Notes: generated by a model from the letters alone, not told the origin. A stretch of DNA of 64,000 bases from an uncultured Gemmatimonadaceae bacterium (GCA_963822945.1 CAWGJO010000037.1:17533-81532), one strand, 5' to 3'; positions 1 through 10,803 are shown, numbered from the stretch's first letter. Program-made: numbers and translations.

Positions 1-1199
1 CCCTCGGTGTGTCCCGGCGCGCGGAACGACGCCATCGCCCCGGCGTTCGTGTACACGAAGGTCTCGCTGGTGCGGACGTGCTCGCACGCGTGCAGCTCGT
101 GGTAGATGCGGCCGGGCCCGGCTTCCCAGCCGCCCACGCCCATCGGAATGGTGGCGTCCATGCGGATGGCGGTGAGCGTACCGTCGCGCCGGGCGCCCAG
201 CGTGACGCGCTGCACCGTGGCACTGCGGTTGCCGGCGTCGACCTGCTCGCCGTAGCGGTCGAACACGCAGCGGACCGGGCGGCCGATCTTCCGCGACAGC
301 GCGGCGGCGATGTAGGCCGCGGCCGACGCGCCGTTCTTGGCCCCGAAGCCGCCGCCCATGTAGTCCTTCATCACGCGCACGTTCGTGAGCTTGAGCTCGA
401 ACGCCGCCGCCAGGTCGCGGCGCGTCATGAAGATGCCCTGCGTGGACTCCCACACGGTCAGCCGGTCGCCCTCCCACTCGGCCACCGCGCCGTGCGGTTC
501 CAGGGCGGTGTGCAGCGCCACCGGGGTCCGGTACTCGCGGGTGATCGTCACGTCGGCGGCGCGCAGCCCGGCGTCCACGTCGCCGCGCTGGATGATGCGC
601 GGCGAGCGCGGCGACACGTTGCCCCGCGACCGGACCTTGGGCGCGTCTTCGGCGAGTGCCTGGTCGGCGGTGACCACGTGCGGGGCGGGCTCGATGGAGA
701 GCTTCACCGCGGCGGCGGCGGCGCGGGCGGCGCCGAACGTGTCCGCACACACCACGCACAGCGGCTGGCCGGCGTAGCGAATGGTATCGTCGAGCAGTTG
801 GCCGGCATCGGCGCGGATGCCGCGCACGTCGTCCAGGGTGAGCAGTGCGCGCACGCCCGGCATGGCGAGGGCCGCCGAGGCGTCGATGGCGGCCAGGTGC
901 CCCGCCGGCGCGGGCGAGCGGACGATCACCGCGAAGGTCATGCCCGGGCGGTGCAGGTCGGCGGTGAATCGCGCCGCGCCGGTAACCTTCTCCAGGGCGT
1001 CCATGCGTGGAACGCGCGTGCCGACGACGTGCAGATCGGCGCCGGCTTTCCAGGGTTCCGGATTGCGGTCCGGGAGTTCGACGATCTTGGTCTCCTCCCG
1101 GCCCTCGATCTCGACCTTGGTGGCCACGAAGCGCCGGGCACGCGGCGCTTCCACCGGTGCCGCGTCACGCGGGGCCGGCGCACGCTTGTCAGGCGCCAT
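1..1199 (-). CDS. Xanthine dehydrogenase/aldehyde oxidoreductase family molybdopterin-binding subunit (runs off window edge)
   Basis: Own translation from ATG at 1199: ...DALEKVTGAARFTADL...LEPHGAVAEW...YMGGGFGAK...FRAPGH. Overlaps the 2Fe-2S subunit gene upstream. Confidence 0.9.
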   Translation of the reverse strand, partial: MAPDKRAPAPRDAAPVEAPRARRFVATKVEIEGREETKIVELPDRNPEPWKAGADLHVVGTRVPRMDALEKVTGAARFTADLHRPGMTFAVIVRSPAPAGHLAAIDASAALAMPGVRALLTLDDVRGIRADAGQLLDDTIRYAGQPLCVVCADTFGAARAAAAAVKLSIEPAPHVVTADQALAEDAPKVRSRGNVSPRSPRIIQRGDVDAGLRAADVTITREYRTPVALHTALEPHGAVAEWEGDRLTVWESTQGIFMTRRDLAAAFELKLTNVRVMKDYMGGGFGAKNGASAAAYIAAALSRKIGRPVRCVFDRYGEQVDAGNRSATVQRVTLGARRDGTLTAIRMDATIPMGVGGWEAGPGRIYHELHACEHVRTSETFVYTNAGAMASFRAPGHTE

Positions 1200-1659
1200 G
1201 GGCCGCCTCCAGTACACGGGCCGCGTCGAGCACGGCCTTCACGATCTTGGGGTAGGCGCCGCAGCGGCAGAGGTTGCCGCTCATCCCGTGCCGCACCTCG
1301 GCTTCGGTGGGATGCGGATTCTCGGCCAGGAGCGCCGCCGCCGCCATGATCTGGCCCGGCGTGCAGAAGCCGCATTGCAGCGCGTCGTGCCGGATGAACG
1401 CCTCCTGGAGCGCGTGGAGCTGCTCGGGGCGTCCCATGCCCTCGATGGTGGTGACGGCCACTCCGTCGCACGCGGCGGCCAGCGTGAGGCACGCGTACGC
1501 GGGCTTGCCGTCGAGCAGGACCGTGCAGGCCCCACATTCTCCCCGCCCGCACACCAGCTTGGTGCCGGTCATGGCCAGCCGGCCGCGGAGGACGCCGAGC
1601 AGGGTTTCGGGGCCGGAGACGGCCACCTCGTACGCGTTTCCGTTGATCGTGAGCCGCAT
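1189..1659 (-). CDS. (2Fe-2S)-binding small subunit of XDH-family enzyme (CoxS/YagT-like)
   Basis: GTKLVCGRGECGACTVL and QCGFCTPG...GNLCRC motifs. Confidence 0.95.
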   Translation of the reverse strand: MRLTINGNAYEVAVSGPETLLGVLRGRLAMTGTKLVCGRGECGACTVLLDGKPAYACLTLAAACDGVAVTTIEGMGRPEQLHALQEAFIRHDALQCGFCTPGQIMAAAALLAENPHPTEAEVRHGMSGNLCRCGAYPKIVKAVLDAARVLEAAHGA

Positions 1660-1765
1660 GTGCGATGGGTGGCGGAGGGCGGTGGACGGCGGGCCCTGTT
1701 GGCTCCGGCCTCAACGATTATCTTAGTCGAACCGCGGTAGCTTCGCAGCCATTTTCGAGGCCCCC

Positions 1766-2030
1766 ATGCCCTACGTGATCACTGAAGCTTGTATCGGCGT
1801 CAAGGACCGCGCCTGCGTAGATGTCTGTCCCGTGGACTGCATCTATGAGGGCGAGGATCAGTTGTACATTCACCCCGACGAATGCATCGACTGCGGGGCC
1901 TGCGAGCCCGAGTGTCCGGTGACCGCGATCTTCCCCGAGGAAGACGTGCCCGGGAACCTCAAGTCGTACATCGAGAAGAACAAGACCGTCTTCGAGGGCA
2001 GCGATCCGCCGGGGCGGCCGCAGCGGCGAT
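1766..2030 (+). CDS. fdxA: 7Fe/4Fe-4S ferredoxin (FdxA type); stop codon apparently lost after ...PPGRPQR
   Basis: MPYVITEAC...[11 protein letters not shown]...[13 protein letters not shown]. The translation becomes non-ferredoxin-like after about 87 aa; the end coordinate is approximate. Confidence 0.85.
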
Positions 2031-2081
2031 GCAGCCCCCACTGCCGATCCCATGCGGCCAGGCGTTCGCGATGGGCAGTCG

Positions 2082-5000
2082 GTGGTGAGCAGGAACAAAC
2101 GAGGGGCGGTGCTGGCTGTCGTCGCCGCCGGCATCGCCCTCTCCGTTTCCAGCGGACGGGCCGGTCCCGCCCGCTACGGACAGTCCGACCGCGTCGAGCG
2201 CCACATGCTGCCCGCGGTCACCACGGGGCCCCTCGATCCCGCCTTCAGTCCCGACGGCCGGTGGATCGCGTTCTCCATGCGCGGGGACATCTGGAAGATC
2301 CCCGCCGGCGGCGGCGAGGCCGTCGCCCTCACGCAGGGGCCGCACTACTACTTCGAGCCCGCGTGGAGCCCGGACGGCAAGCGGCTGGCGCTGACGATGG
2401 ACCGCGTGGACGGCAACCTCGACATCGGCGTCGTGAGCGCGGATGGCGGCGCGGGTGGAGCGGCTCACCCGCGACCCGCACAAGCGACGTGGAACCCGCG
2501 TGGAGCCACGACGGCGGCGGGATCTACTTTGCCAGCGACCGCGGCGGCCCGGCTTCCACGTGTTCCGCCACGATCTGGGCACCCGGCTCGATGACACCGA
2601 CGGTGCCGCGACCAGTTCCAACCGGCGGTGTCCCCTGATGGAACGCAGCTCGCCTACGTGGCACCGTACGCGGCTACCTCGGCACCGGCGGCATCTGGAC
2701 GAGGTGCCCCCGGACGGCGGCACGCCGAGGCTCGTGCACTACGAGGAGAGCGAGTACCACACCAAGCCGGCGTGGACGCCAGACGGGCGGGGTCGTTCCT
2801 GTACGTGCCGAGGGAGATCGGGGGTTCCAACGACGTGGACATCACCCGGTCGTCGGGTGGAAATCACGGTGCTTCTGGCTCTACGGCCGACGCACTGGAT
2901 TACGCGAGTTCGCACCCTCGCCGAGTCCCGACGGCACGCGGTTCGCGTTCGTGTCCGACCGCACGGGACCGACGGTGCTCTAACGGCTGGACGCCGGCGG
3001 CGGTCCGTTCCCGTCGTGGCACGCCGTGGGCCCATCCGATCGCGACGGTCGCGCGTGGCCACGGGCCGCGTGCACGTGACGGTGGTGGGCGCCGACGGCC
3101 CGCGTGCTGCCGGCGCGCATCTACCTGCAGGCATCCGACGGCTGTTCGTACGCGCCCGACGGCGGCTTCCATCGGGTGCTCTCGGCTCTACCGAGACGCA
3201 CTACTTCGACACGATGGGCCTCGTTCTACGGTCGAGGTGCCGGCGGGGAGACCGCCGTCGAGGCGATGCACGGCTTCGAGTACGAACCCGCCGCGCGCGG
3301 TGGGTGGACGTGCCGGCCGGCGGCACGCGCGCCACGACCATTCGTCTGCGGCGGATGGCGAATCTGCCGGCGGCCGGCTGGTATTCGGGCGACACGCACA
3401 TCCACGATCTGCACCAGGGACGCTGGGGCCTCAGCCACCGGCAGTTCTTCGACGAACTCGTGGCCGAGGACATCCACGTGACCAACGCGCTGATCCACAT
3501 GGACGGCTACGCGGATCATGGGGCGGTGGAGCGACCTCACCGGGAAACCGAGCCCGCTGTCCACGCGCGACTACATCCTGCAGTACGGCGAGGAGTTCCG
3601 GGGATCGCTGGGGCACATCGCGATGCTCGGCATCAACCACTTCGTGCTGCCCTTCGAGTCGGGACTGCCGCATTCGGCGTACGCCCAGCCCGTGCTGGAT
3701 TACACGTACATCGACTCAACGGTGGCGCAGGGCGGAATGGCCGGGTACGCGCACCCGTACCACGACGCGGTCACGACGCCGGCGTCCGGGGCCAACTCGC
3801 TGATCCCCGTGGACGTGGCGCTCGGACGCGGGCAGTTCTACGACGTGTCGTCGGACTACTCCGACGAACTGGCGTCGGACGCGATGTACTTCCGCCTCCT
3901 CAACGCCGGCTTCCGCCTGCCCGCCACCGGCGGCACCGACAACTTCAGCGACGTGTGGCGCGATCCGCCGCCGGGCACCGACCGCAGCTACGTGCACGTG
4001 CGCGGCCCGCTGACGCTGGCCAACTGGTTCGCGGGCATCCGCGCCGGCCATTCGTATTCGTCCACGGCGCCGCTGATGACGTTCACGGCGAACGGCCGCG
4101 AAATGGGCGACGAGATCCGCCTGCCGGCCAACGGGCCTGCCGGCGTGCGCGTGCACGCCGATGCGCGCTCCATCGCGCCGATGGCGGTGCTGGACATCAT
4201 CGTCAACGGCCGAGTGGTGCAGTCGGTGGCGGCGGGCGACTCGGCGCACCTCGTCTTCGACGGCTCGGTGCCGATGCCCGAGGGCGGGTGGGTGGCCGCG
4301 CGCGTCACCGGCCCCGTGTCGCGGTACGTGGGCGACAGCTACGTATTTGCGCAGACGACGCCGGTGTACGTGGTGCGCGGCGGCCATCGATTCACCTCCC
4401 CCGACGACGCGCGCTTCCTGGCCGAACTGGTGCGCGACATCTGGACGCGTACCGACCGGACGGCCCAATGGCGCTCTCCCGACGAGCGCGCGCGCTTCCG
4501 CGCCGGCATCGCGCGCGCCCGCGGCATCTACGAGCGGATCGCGGATCCGGTGGACACGGTGCCGCTGCTCGACCCGTCGAGCCCGGCGATGCACGAACGC
4601 GCACCCGACCACTTCCGCGTCCGCTTCGAGACGACGAGCGGCGATTTCGTGGTGGACGTCCCGCGCGCTTGGTCGCCGCACGGCGCCGACCGGCTGTACG
4701 ACCTCGTGCGCCACGGCTTCTACGACGACACCCGTATCTCGCGCGTGGTGCCGCACTTCATCGCCCAGTTCGGGCTCAACGGCAGCCCGCGGGTGATCGC
4801 CGCCTGGAAGCACGCCACGATTCCCGACGATTCTGTCCGCGCGAGCAACGTGCGCGGCACCTTCGCCTTCGCGATGACAGGACCGAATACGCGGACCACG
4901 CAGATCTACATCAATCTCGTGGACAACCGGCGGCTGGACGCGCAGGGATTCTCACCGGTCGGCCGGGTGGTGGAGGGAATGGACGTGGTGGACTCGCTGT

Positions 5001-5152
5001 ATTCGGGCTACGGCGAGCGGGCCGGGGGCGGGGTCAGGGCCGGGAAGCAGGGACCGATCGAGGCCGAGGGGAATAGATGGCTGGATCGGAATTATCCGAG
5101 GTTGGATGGGATAATTCGGGCAAGCATCGAAAGGGCGAAAACCGATAAGTAG
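2082..5152 (+). CDS. Secreted TolB/PD40 beta-propeller + CehA/McbA-type PHP metallohydrolase + C-terminal cyclophilin-type PPIase; several frameshifts in 2450-3510
   Basis: Signal peptide; repeated PAWSPDG motifs; [26 protein letters not shown]; then RFETTSGDF...GFYD...RVV..FIAQFG...[13 protein letters not shown]. Confidence 0.75.
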
Positions 5153-5446
5153 CGCAGGGCCGATACGACGCAGGGCCGGTACAGCGTAACCACGCTACGA
5201 CGCAGGGCCGAGACTACGCAGGGCCGGTACGGCGCAGGACCGAAACGGCGCAGGACCGAAACGGCGCAGGACCGGTCAGGCGGGGAATCGGATCCGGGCC
5301 TTCGGCCCCCAAACGGCGAATGGATGATGAAGCGTCGCCCGCCCCATCATCCATTCGCTTTTTGCGTGCTTCCCTTTCCCCGCAGTATCGGCCCTGCGTA
5401 GTATCGGCCCTGCGTGGTATCGGCCCTGCGCTGTATCGCCGTGTCG
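5153..5446. repeat. Structured intergenic element, copy 1: 8 x 16-bp tandem units, core hairpins, then 3-4 inverted units
   Basis: Unit CGCAGGRCCGRWACNR at 5153-5280; inverted units at 5383-5446; hairpin GCGAATGGATGATG...CATCATCCATTCGC at 5316-5358. Confidence 0.9.
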
Positions 5447-5450
5447 TCGC

Positions 5451-6077
5451 TCAGTAGTACCGCTGCTTCACCACGAACAACACTGCCAACACCGCATACT
5501 GCGCGAACGTGCTGATCTCGCTTTTCCATGCCTCGCCCCAGTGGTGCGGCCCCGTCTCGGGCTTGGCGGGCGGACGCGGAATCCAGCGCGGCGTGGCTCG
5601 CTTGTAGGCCAGGTACTCGGCGCCGAAGATCGATTCCAGCACGCCTTCCTCGTAGCGCACGATGAGCGTGTACTCCACGGCGAAGAGCACCACGGCCACG
5701 GGCAGGAACCAGTACACGCCCGAGATCACCACGAAGCCCATCCAGATCAGGAAGTTCCCGTTGTAGAGCGGATTGCGGGACCAGCCGAAGATGCCGTAGG
5801 TCACCAGCCGCTGCACGTCGCGCGACCGGCGGCGGGTGACGGTGCCGGCGGCGGCGACGCCGGCCAGGCGGATCGCCTCACCCACGGCCAGCAGCAGCGC
5901 ACCCACGAGCCACTGCCTGGCACTCTCTCTGCCGGGCACCAGCAAGGGCACGAGCACGAAGGGCACCGGCAACCAGCCGCGGTTGCGAAATAGGACTGCC
6001 CCGATCCGGGCCATGGATCTCCGCTCGGCCGCGGAGAGGGAACTCGGGGCCGGGGGTTGATTCGTGTCAGGGGTCAT
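5451..6077 (-). CDS. Isoprenylcysteine carboxylmethyltransferase (ICMT/PEMT) family membrane protein
   Basis: LVTYGIFGWSRNPLYNGN, EE..L...FG.EY..Y....PRWIP. Confidence 0.85.
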   Translation of the reverse strand: MTPDTNQPPAPSSLSAAERRSMARIGAVLFRNRGWLPVPFVLVPLLVPGRESARQWLVGALLLAVGEAIRLAGVAAAGTVTRRRSRDVQRLVTYGIFGWSRNPLYNGNFLIWMGFVVISGVYWFLPVAVVLFAVEYTLIVRYEEGVLESIFGAEYLAYKRATPRWIPRPPAKPETGPHHWGEAWKSEISTFAQYAVLAVLFVVKQRYY

Positions 6078-6251
6078 GAGCGAGGATAATCTAACTCCCG
6101 GCGGCGCCCCTACGGCAAATGCGGCGGCGTCGGGGCGGGCGCCGGGTGTCGCGCGCTGGGGTGGGCGTTGCCTGCGCCGGCGCCGAGTGTCGCAAGCTGG
6201 GCGGGCGTCGCCTACACTGGCCGTGAGTATCGCGCGCTGGGCCGGTGTGAC

Positions 6252-6668
6252 CTACGCCGGCTGCGGCCACATCGGCATGTCGGTCTTCCAACTGTCGGGC
6301 ACCGGCACGGGCTTTCCAGACCGGTCGATGGCGACGATCACGAGATTCGCCTCCGCCACGACTTGCCCGGAAGCGAGATTTCGCGCCTCCTGCCGGATCG
6401 TGTAGCTGGTGTTCCCCACCTTGAGGATTCCCGACCGGATGGACAGGTCCTCGCCGGGGAGCGTCTGGGCGCGGTACCCGATGTCCACATGGCGGACGAC
6501 CGGAAACACCGGCTGGCGCACCAGTTCGTGCGCGGTCATCCGGTGGTCGAACAGCGCCCAGCGGGCCCGTTCGAGAAAGCCGAGCATGCTGGCGTGATTC
6601 AGGTGTCCCAGCATGTCGCAGTCGGTGGGATAGATGTGGAAGACGACGTCGGGCAGCGGTTCGGTCAT
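6252..6668 (-). CDS. Acyl-CoA thioesterase (YbgC/FadM hotdog fold)
   Basis: DCDMLGHLNHA...ERARW motif. Confidence 0.85.
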   Translation of the reverse strand: MTEPLPDVVFHIYPTDCDMLGHLNHASMLGFLERARWALFDHRMTAHELVRQPVFPVVRHVDIGYRAQTLPGEDLSIRSGILKVGNTSYTIRQEARNLASGQVVAEANLVIVAIDRSGKPVPVPDSWKTDMPMWPQPA

Positions 6669-6750
6669 CGGGGTCTCGGAGAACGGGGGACGCGTGAGCG
6701 GCGGCACCGTGCGCTAGATTGTCGGCAGTTCACCCGAAACCAGGACTGGC

Positions 6751-7929
6751 GTGGCCCAACCCGAGCCCCACACCCCGCACTTTCTGGACACTCCGGAATC
6801 GACGGCGCGGTTCCTGCGCGAGATCTCCACCGCGCGCGAACTGGCCGTCGACACCGAGGGTGCGAGCTTCCACCGCTTCGTGGATCGAATCTACCTCCTG
6901 CAGATCTCGACGCGCGACCGGTCGGCGATCATCGACCCGCTGGCGGTGCCGCAGCTGGACGGCCTCGGCGCGCTGATGGAGCGCGAGGACGTGGAGGTCG
7001 TCTTCCACGACGCCGACTACGATCTGCGGCTGCTGCGCCAGGACTATGGCTGGGAAGTGGTGCGCGTGTTCGACACGCGCGTGGCCGCGCAGCTCCTGGG
7101 CATCCGGGCGTTCGGACTGGCGGCGCTGCTCGATCGCTACTTCGGCGTGAAGCTGGAGAAGAAGTACCAGCGGGCCGACTGGTCGCTGCGCCCGCTCACC
7201 CAGGGCATGCTCGACTACGCGGCGCAGGACACGATGCACCTGCTCGACCTGCGCGACCGGATGCGCGACGATCTCGAACGCGCCGGCCGGCTGGCGTGGG
7301 CCGAGGAGGAATTCGCGATCGTGCAGAACGTGCGATGGGCGCCGGACGAGGCCGGGCTGGCCTTCCTCCGTATCAAGGGCACGCGCGACCTCAACCGCCG
7401 GGAGCTGGCGGTGTTCCGGGAACTCGTGCACTGGCGCGACGGCGTGGCGGCGGAACTCGATCGCGCCACGTTCCGCGTGGTCGGCAACGAGCCCCTGCTC
7501 GAACTCGCCCGCCGCCGGCCCACCGCGCGCCAGGAGTTGAGCCACGTGAAGGGCATGCCCCGCGGCATCATCGAGCAGCGCGGCGGCGAGATCCTCGAAG
7601 CGATCGCGCGCGGCCAGGCGGTGCCCGAGGCCGAGTTGCCGCGCTTCCCCAAGGCCCGCCGCTGGGAGCGCGACCCCGACTTCGACGTCCGCGTGTCGGC
7701 GCTCAAGACGGCACGCGACGCCGTGGCCCAGCGGCTGGACATGGACCCCGGGGTGGTGTGCGCCAAGGATCGCATCGAGGCGGTGGCGCGGCGCAATCCG
7801 CTCACGCAGGCGGAGCTGGAAGAGGTGACGGAACTTCGACGGTGGCAGTGCGAAGTGCTGGGCGAGGCGTATCTGGCGGCGCTGAAGCCGCACCGGAAGG
7901 CGGGAGAGGAGTCGCCATACAAAGACTAG
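6751..7929 (+). CDS. rnd: Ribonuclease D (3'-5' exonuclease + HRDC domain)
   Basis: LAVDTE, FHDADYDL, FDTRVAAQLLG, QRADWSLRPL...YAAQD. Confidence 0.92.
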   Translation: MAQPEPHTPHFLDTPESTARFLREISTARELAVDTEGASFHRFVDRIYLLQISTRDRSAIIDPLAVPQLDGLGALMEREDVEVVFHDADYDLRLLRQDYGWEVVRVFDTRVAAQLLGIRAFGLAALLDRYFGVKLEKKYQRADWSLRPLTQGMLDYAAQDTMHLLDLRDRMRDDLERAGRLAWAEEEFAIVQNVRWAPDEAGLAFLRIKGTRDLNRRELAVFRELVHWRDGVAAELDRATFRVVGNEPLLELARRRPTARQELSHVKGMPRGIIEQRGGEILEAIARGQAVPEAELPRFPKARRWERDPDFDVRVSALKTARDAVAQRLDMDPGVVCAKDRIEAVARRNPLTQAELEEVTELRRWQCEVLGEAYLAALKPHRKAGEESPYKD

Positions 7930-7934
7930 AAACG

Positions 7935-8210
7935 GCGATAACTGAGCAACGGCGCAGGACCGATACTACGCAGGACCGGTACGGCGCAGGGCCGATACCA
8001 CGCAATGCCGATACGGCGGAAAAAAGGAAGCACGCAAACAGCGAATGGGTGATGAAGCGTCCGTACGCCTCATCACCCATTCGCGGTTTCTGGCCGAAGG
8101 CCACACCGAATCCCCGCTGCACCGTTGTTGCGTCGTTGCGGTCCTGCGTAGTATCGGCCCTGCGCCGTCTCGGTCCTGCGTAGTTTCGGCCCTGCGCCGT
8201 TACTCGGTTC
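7935..8210. repeat. Structured intergenic element, copy 2 (core inverted relative to copy 1)
   Basis: Same 16-bp units at 7953-8016, inverted units at 8133-8196; hairpin GCGAATGGGTGATG...CATCACCCATTCGC at 8041-8084. Confidence 0.9.
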
Positions 8211-8217
8211 CCGCTTC

Positions 8218-8613
8218 TTATAGGCCCATGTACGCCCTGACTCTCGGCTCGATCCGCTCCGGGGTCCAGTACGGTTCCCACACCAGATTCATCAGCACGT
8301 CCTCCACGCCCGGCATGTTGCGCACCGTGCGCTCCACGTCGTTCATGATCTGCGGGCCGGCCGGACATCCCGGCGAGGTGAGGGTCATGTTGATCACCAC
8401 CGTGCGGTCTTCCACCAACACGTCGTAGACCAGCCCCAGATCCATGATGTTCAGATTCAACTCGGGGTCCTTCACCTTGCGAAGGGCGAGCTTGATCTGC
8501 TCGGTGTTCAGGGCGCCGGTCGGGTCGGCGGGTACTGGTGGCGCGGCGGGAGTGGCGGGTGCGGCGGGATCGTTGGAAGGTGCTGGCGCTTCGGTTCGCG
8601 GCTCGTCGGTCAT
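8218..8613 (-). CDS. Fe-S cluster assembly protein, DUF59/SufT/PaaD-like
   Basis: DPELNLNIMDLGLVYDV...MTLTSPGCP...LVWEPYW. Confidence 0.92.
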   Translation of the reverse strand: MTDEPRTEAPAPSNDPAAPATPAAPPVPADPTGALNTEQIKLALRKVKDPELNLNIMDLGLVYDVLVEDRTVVINMTLTSPGCPAGPQIMNDVERTVRNMPGVEDVLMNLVWEPYWTPERIEPRVRAYMGL

Positions 8614-8671
8614 GGTCGCAACATTATCGAATCGAGTGCGAGGGGGAAGCGGGGGGTGGAAACCCGAGCCG

Positions 8672-10114
8672 TCAGCCGCCCTTCTTGCGGGTGGACAGCG
8701 GCTTGGCCGTCGTCTTGCGGTGGGTTGCCTTGTGCCGCGTGCGGCGCGGCACGTGGTTCCAGCCGAGTTGCCGGTCGGTGCGCCACCCCGCCGGCATCGC
8801 GATCGGCGCGTCGGGATCGTCCTCGACCGCGAGCACCGCCGCGTCGGCCAGATCGGCGCGCACGTCGGCGATGGCCGTCATGCTGTAGCGGACCTTCGGA
8901 TCGTACACCCGGTTGGTGAGCAGGATGACGAACATCTGCCGGTCGGGATCGATCCAGATGGACGTGCCGGTGAAGCCGGTGTGGCCGTAGGCGCTGCTGC
9001 CCATGAACTGTCCGCACCCGCCGTCGCCGTTGCAGGTGTCCCACCCCAGCGCGCGGGTGCCCGCGTGCGGCGCGCGGGTCGTGAACAGCTTCACCGTGCT
9101 GTCGGCCACGATGCGCACGCCGTTGAAGGTGCCGCCGTTCAGCATCATCTGCGCGAAGATGGCCAGGTCGGACGCCGAGCTGAACAGCCCGGCGTGTCCG
9201 GCCACGCCGCCCAGCGCGTAGGCGTTGTCGTCGTCCACCTCGCCCTGCAGCGGATGGCCGCGCCGCGACCAGGACTCGGTGGGCGCGATGCGCCCGTCGA
9301 GCGATGGGTCGGGGCGGAACTCCGTGTCGTGCATGCCGAGCGGCTCGAAGACGTGCTCGGCCACGAACTGGTCGAGCGGTTCGCCGCTGATGCGCTCGAC
9401 GATGAAGCCGAGCATGTCGGCGCCGAGGTCCGAATACTCGAACAGCGCGTCCGGGCGGTAGTACAGGTGCGTGGCGATCACCTGCTCGCGTGCCTCGGCC
9501 GTGGAATGCGCCGTCTTCCAGAGGTTGCGGCCCGGCGGGAGCCCCGACCGGTGTTCGAGCAGCATGCGGATGGTGACGCGCGCCTTGAGGCCGCCCTTGA
9601 ACTCCGGGATGTACTTCTGGACCGGGTCGTCGAGGCCGATCTTCCCCTGATCGTACAGCACCATGATCGCCGTGGTGGTGGCGATCACCTTGGTGAGCGA
9701 GGCCAGGTCGTAGATCGTGCGGTCGGGCTCCACCGGGGCGCTGTTCCGGCCCCAGGAGAGGTGGCCGAACCCCTCCTCGAGCACCGCGTACCCCTGGCGC
9801 CCGACGAAGACGGACGCTCCCGGGTAGGCGCCGGCGCGGATGCCGCTGTTCACCACCTCGTCGATCGCGCTGAGCCGCCGGGCCGACATTCCGACGTCGC
9901 TGGGCAGCGCCGGCGGGAGCCCCTCGCCGGGCGTGCGCAACGCCCCGGGATTCCCGGCGGCAAGGCTGAGGGCAGCGAACACCGAGGTCAGGAGCACCAG
10001 ACGGTGGGGAGTGTGGTGAAGAGTGTGGGGCGAGGCGGGCGAGACGCACCCGAACCCCGGAAATGCGGAGTTCGGGCGGCCGCACAAAGTGCCTCGGCGT
10101 AGCGAAACGAGCAA
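8672..10114 (-). CDS. Serine hydrolase, beta-lactamase (class C-like) family; start uncertain
   Basis: ASLTK (SxxK), LLEHRSGL, YSD, GHAGLFS, GHTGFTGT. Confidence 0.88.
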   Translation of the reverse strand: MLVSLRRGTLCGRPNSAFPGFGCVSPASPHTLHHTPHRLVLLTSVFAALSLAAGNPGALRTPGEGLPPALPSDVGMSARRLSAIDEVVNSGIRAGAYPGASVFVGRQGYAVLEEGFGHLSWGRNSAPVEPDRTIYDLASLTKVIATTTAIMVLYDQGKIGLDDPVQKYIPEFKGGLKARVTIRMLLEHRSGLPPGRNLWKTAHSTAEAREQVIATHLYYRPDALFEYSDLGADMLGFIVERISGEPLDQFVAEHVFEPLGMHDTEFRPDPSLDGRIAPTESWSRRGHPLQGEVDDDNAYALGGVAGHAGLFSSASDLAIFAQMMLNGGTFNGVRIVADSTVKLFTTRAPHAGTRALGWDTCNGDGGCGQFMGSSAYGHTGFTGTSIWIDPDRQMFVILLTNRVYDPKVRYSMTAIADVRADLADAAVLAVEDDPDAPIAMPAGWRTDRQLGWNHVPRRTRHKATHRKTTAKPLSTRKKGG

Positions 10115-10227
10115 GAGGCAGTGAGCGTCACGCGAACCCCCCGGTCAAAACATATGGTCACCCCGCCCGATGGCGTCCGGGCCAGTAAACCCTTTTCATA
10201 CGGGGGGCTGACCAATTCCACGAACTC

Positions 10228-10803
10228 ATGAGCGAAGAGCAACTCACCATCCGACGGGCCGTCCAGGGCGATGAAACGGCGATGCGGGCGTTGTGGAGCC
10301 GGCACGCGCCGCACATCGACATGGTCGTCCGCCGCCTGGTGGGGCCGGATACCGACACGGCGCAGGACATCGCGCAGGAGGTCTGGATCCAGATCTTCCG
10401 CGCCCTGCCCACGTACCGCGGCGATTCCAAGTTCGCCACCTGGGCGCACCGCATCGCCGTGAATCGCACACTCAACGCGCTGCGTCGCACCCGCCGGCTC
10501 GCCAAGCTCGAAGTTGACGTGGATACGGAGACCATCGCAGTGACGCCCGACACGGACGGGTCGTTCGTCCTGGCGTCCATCGAGCAGGCGGCGGCGCAGT
10601 TGTCGCCGGGCGCACGCACGGTGTTCCTGCTGCACGATGTCGAGGGATATACGCACGAAGAGATCGCCGCCGAGCTCGGCATCACGGCCGGCGGATCGAA
10701 ATCGCAGTTGTTCAAGGCGCGGGCCAAACTCCGCAGGCTGCTCGCGCATCTGGTCGAGGTACCCGAACACATGGAAGTGGAACATGTCGCACCTGTCTCC
10801 TGA
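10228..10803 (+). CDS. ECF RNA polymerase sigma factor
   Basis: DIAQEVWI...F.TWAHRIAVN; VFLLHDVEGYTHEEIA...SKSQLFKAR. Confidence 0.93.
   Translation: MSEEQLTIRRAVQGDETAMRALWSRHAPHIDMVVRRLVGPDTDTAQDIAQEVWIQIFRALPTYRGDSKFATWAHRIAVNRTLNALRRTRRLAKLEVDVDTETIAVTPDTDGSFVLASIEQAAAQLSPGARTVFLLHDVEGYTHEEIAAELGITAGGSKSQLFKARAKLRRLLAHLVEVPEHMEVEHVAPVS

Noticed and set aside
9..1349. 446-aa plus-strand ORF
   Set aside because: Antisense shadow of the XDH Mo-subunit gene, which the ORF track misses because it runs off the window.
1766..2638. 290-aa ferredoxin fusion protein
   Set aside because: Sequence after about residue 87 is out-of-frame read-through over the next gene; a lost stop is more likely.
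5153..5280. 16-bp repeats as a CRISPR array
   Set aside because: Units are directly tandem with no unique spacers, are too short, and no cas genes are present.
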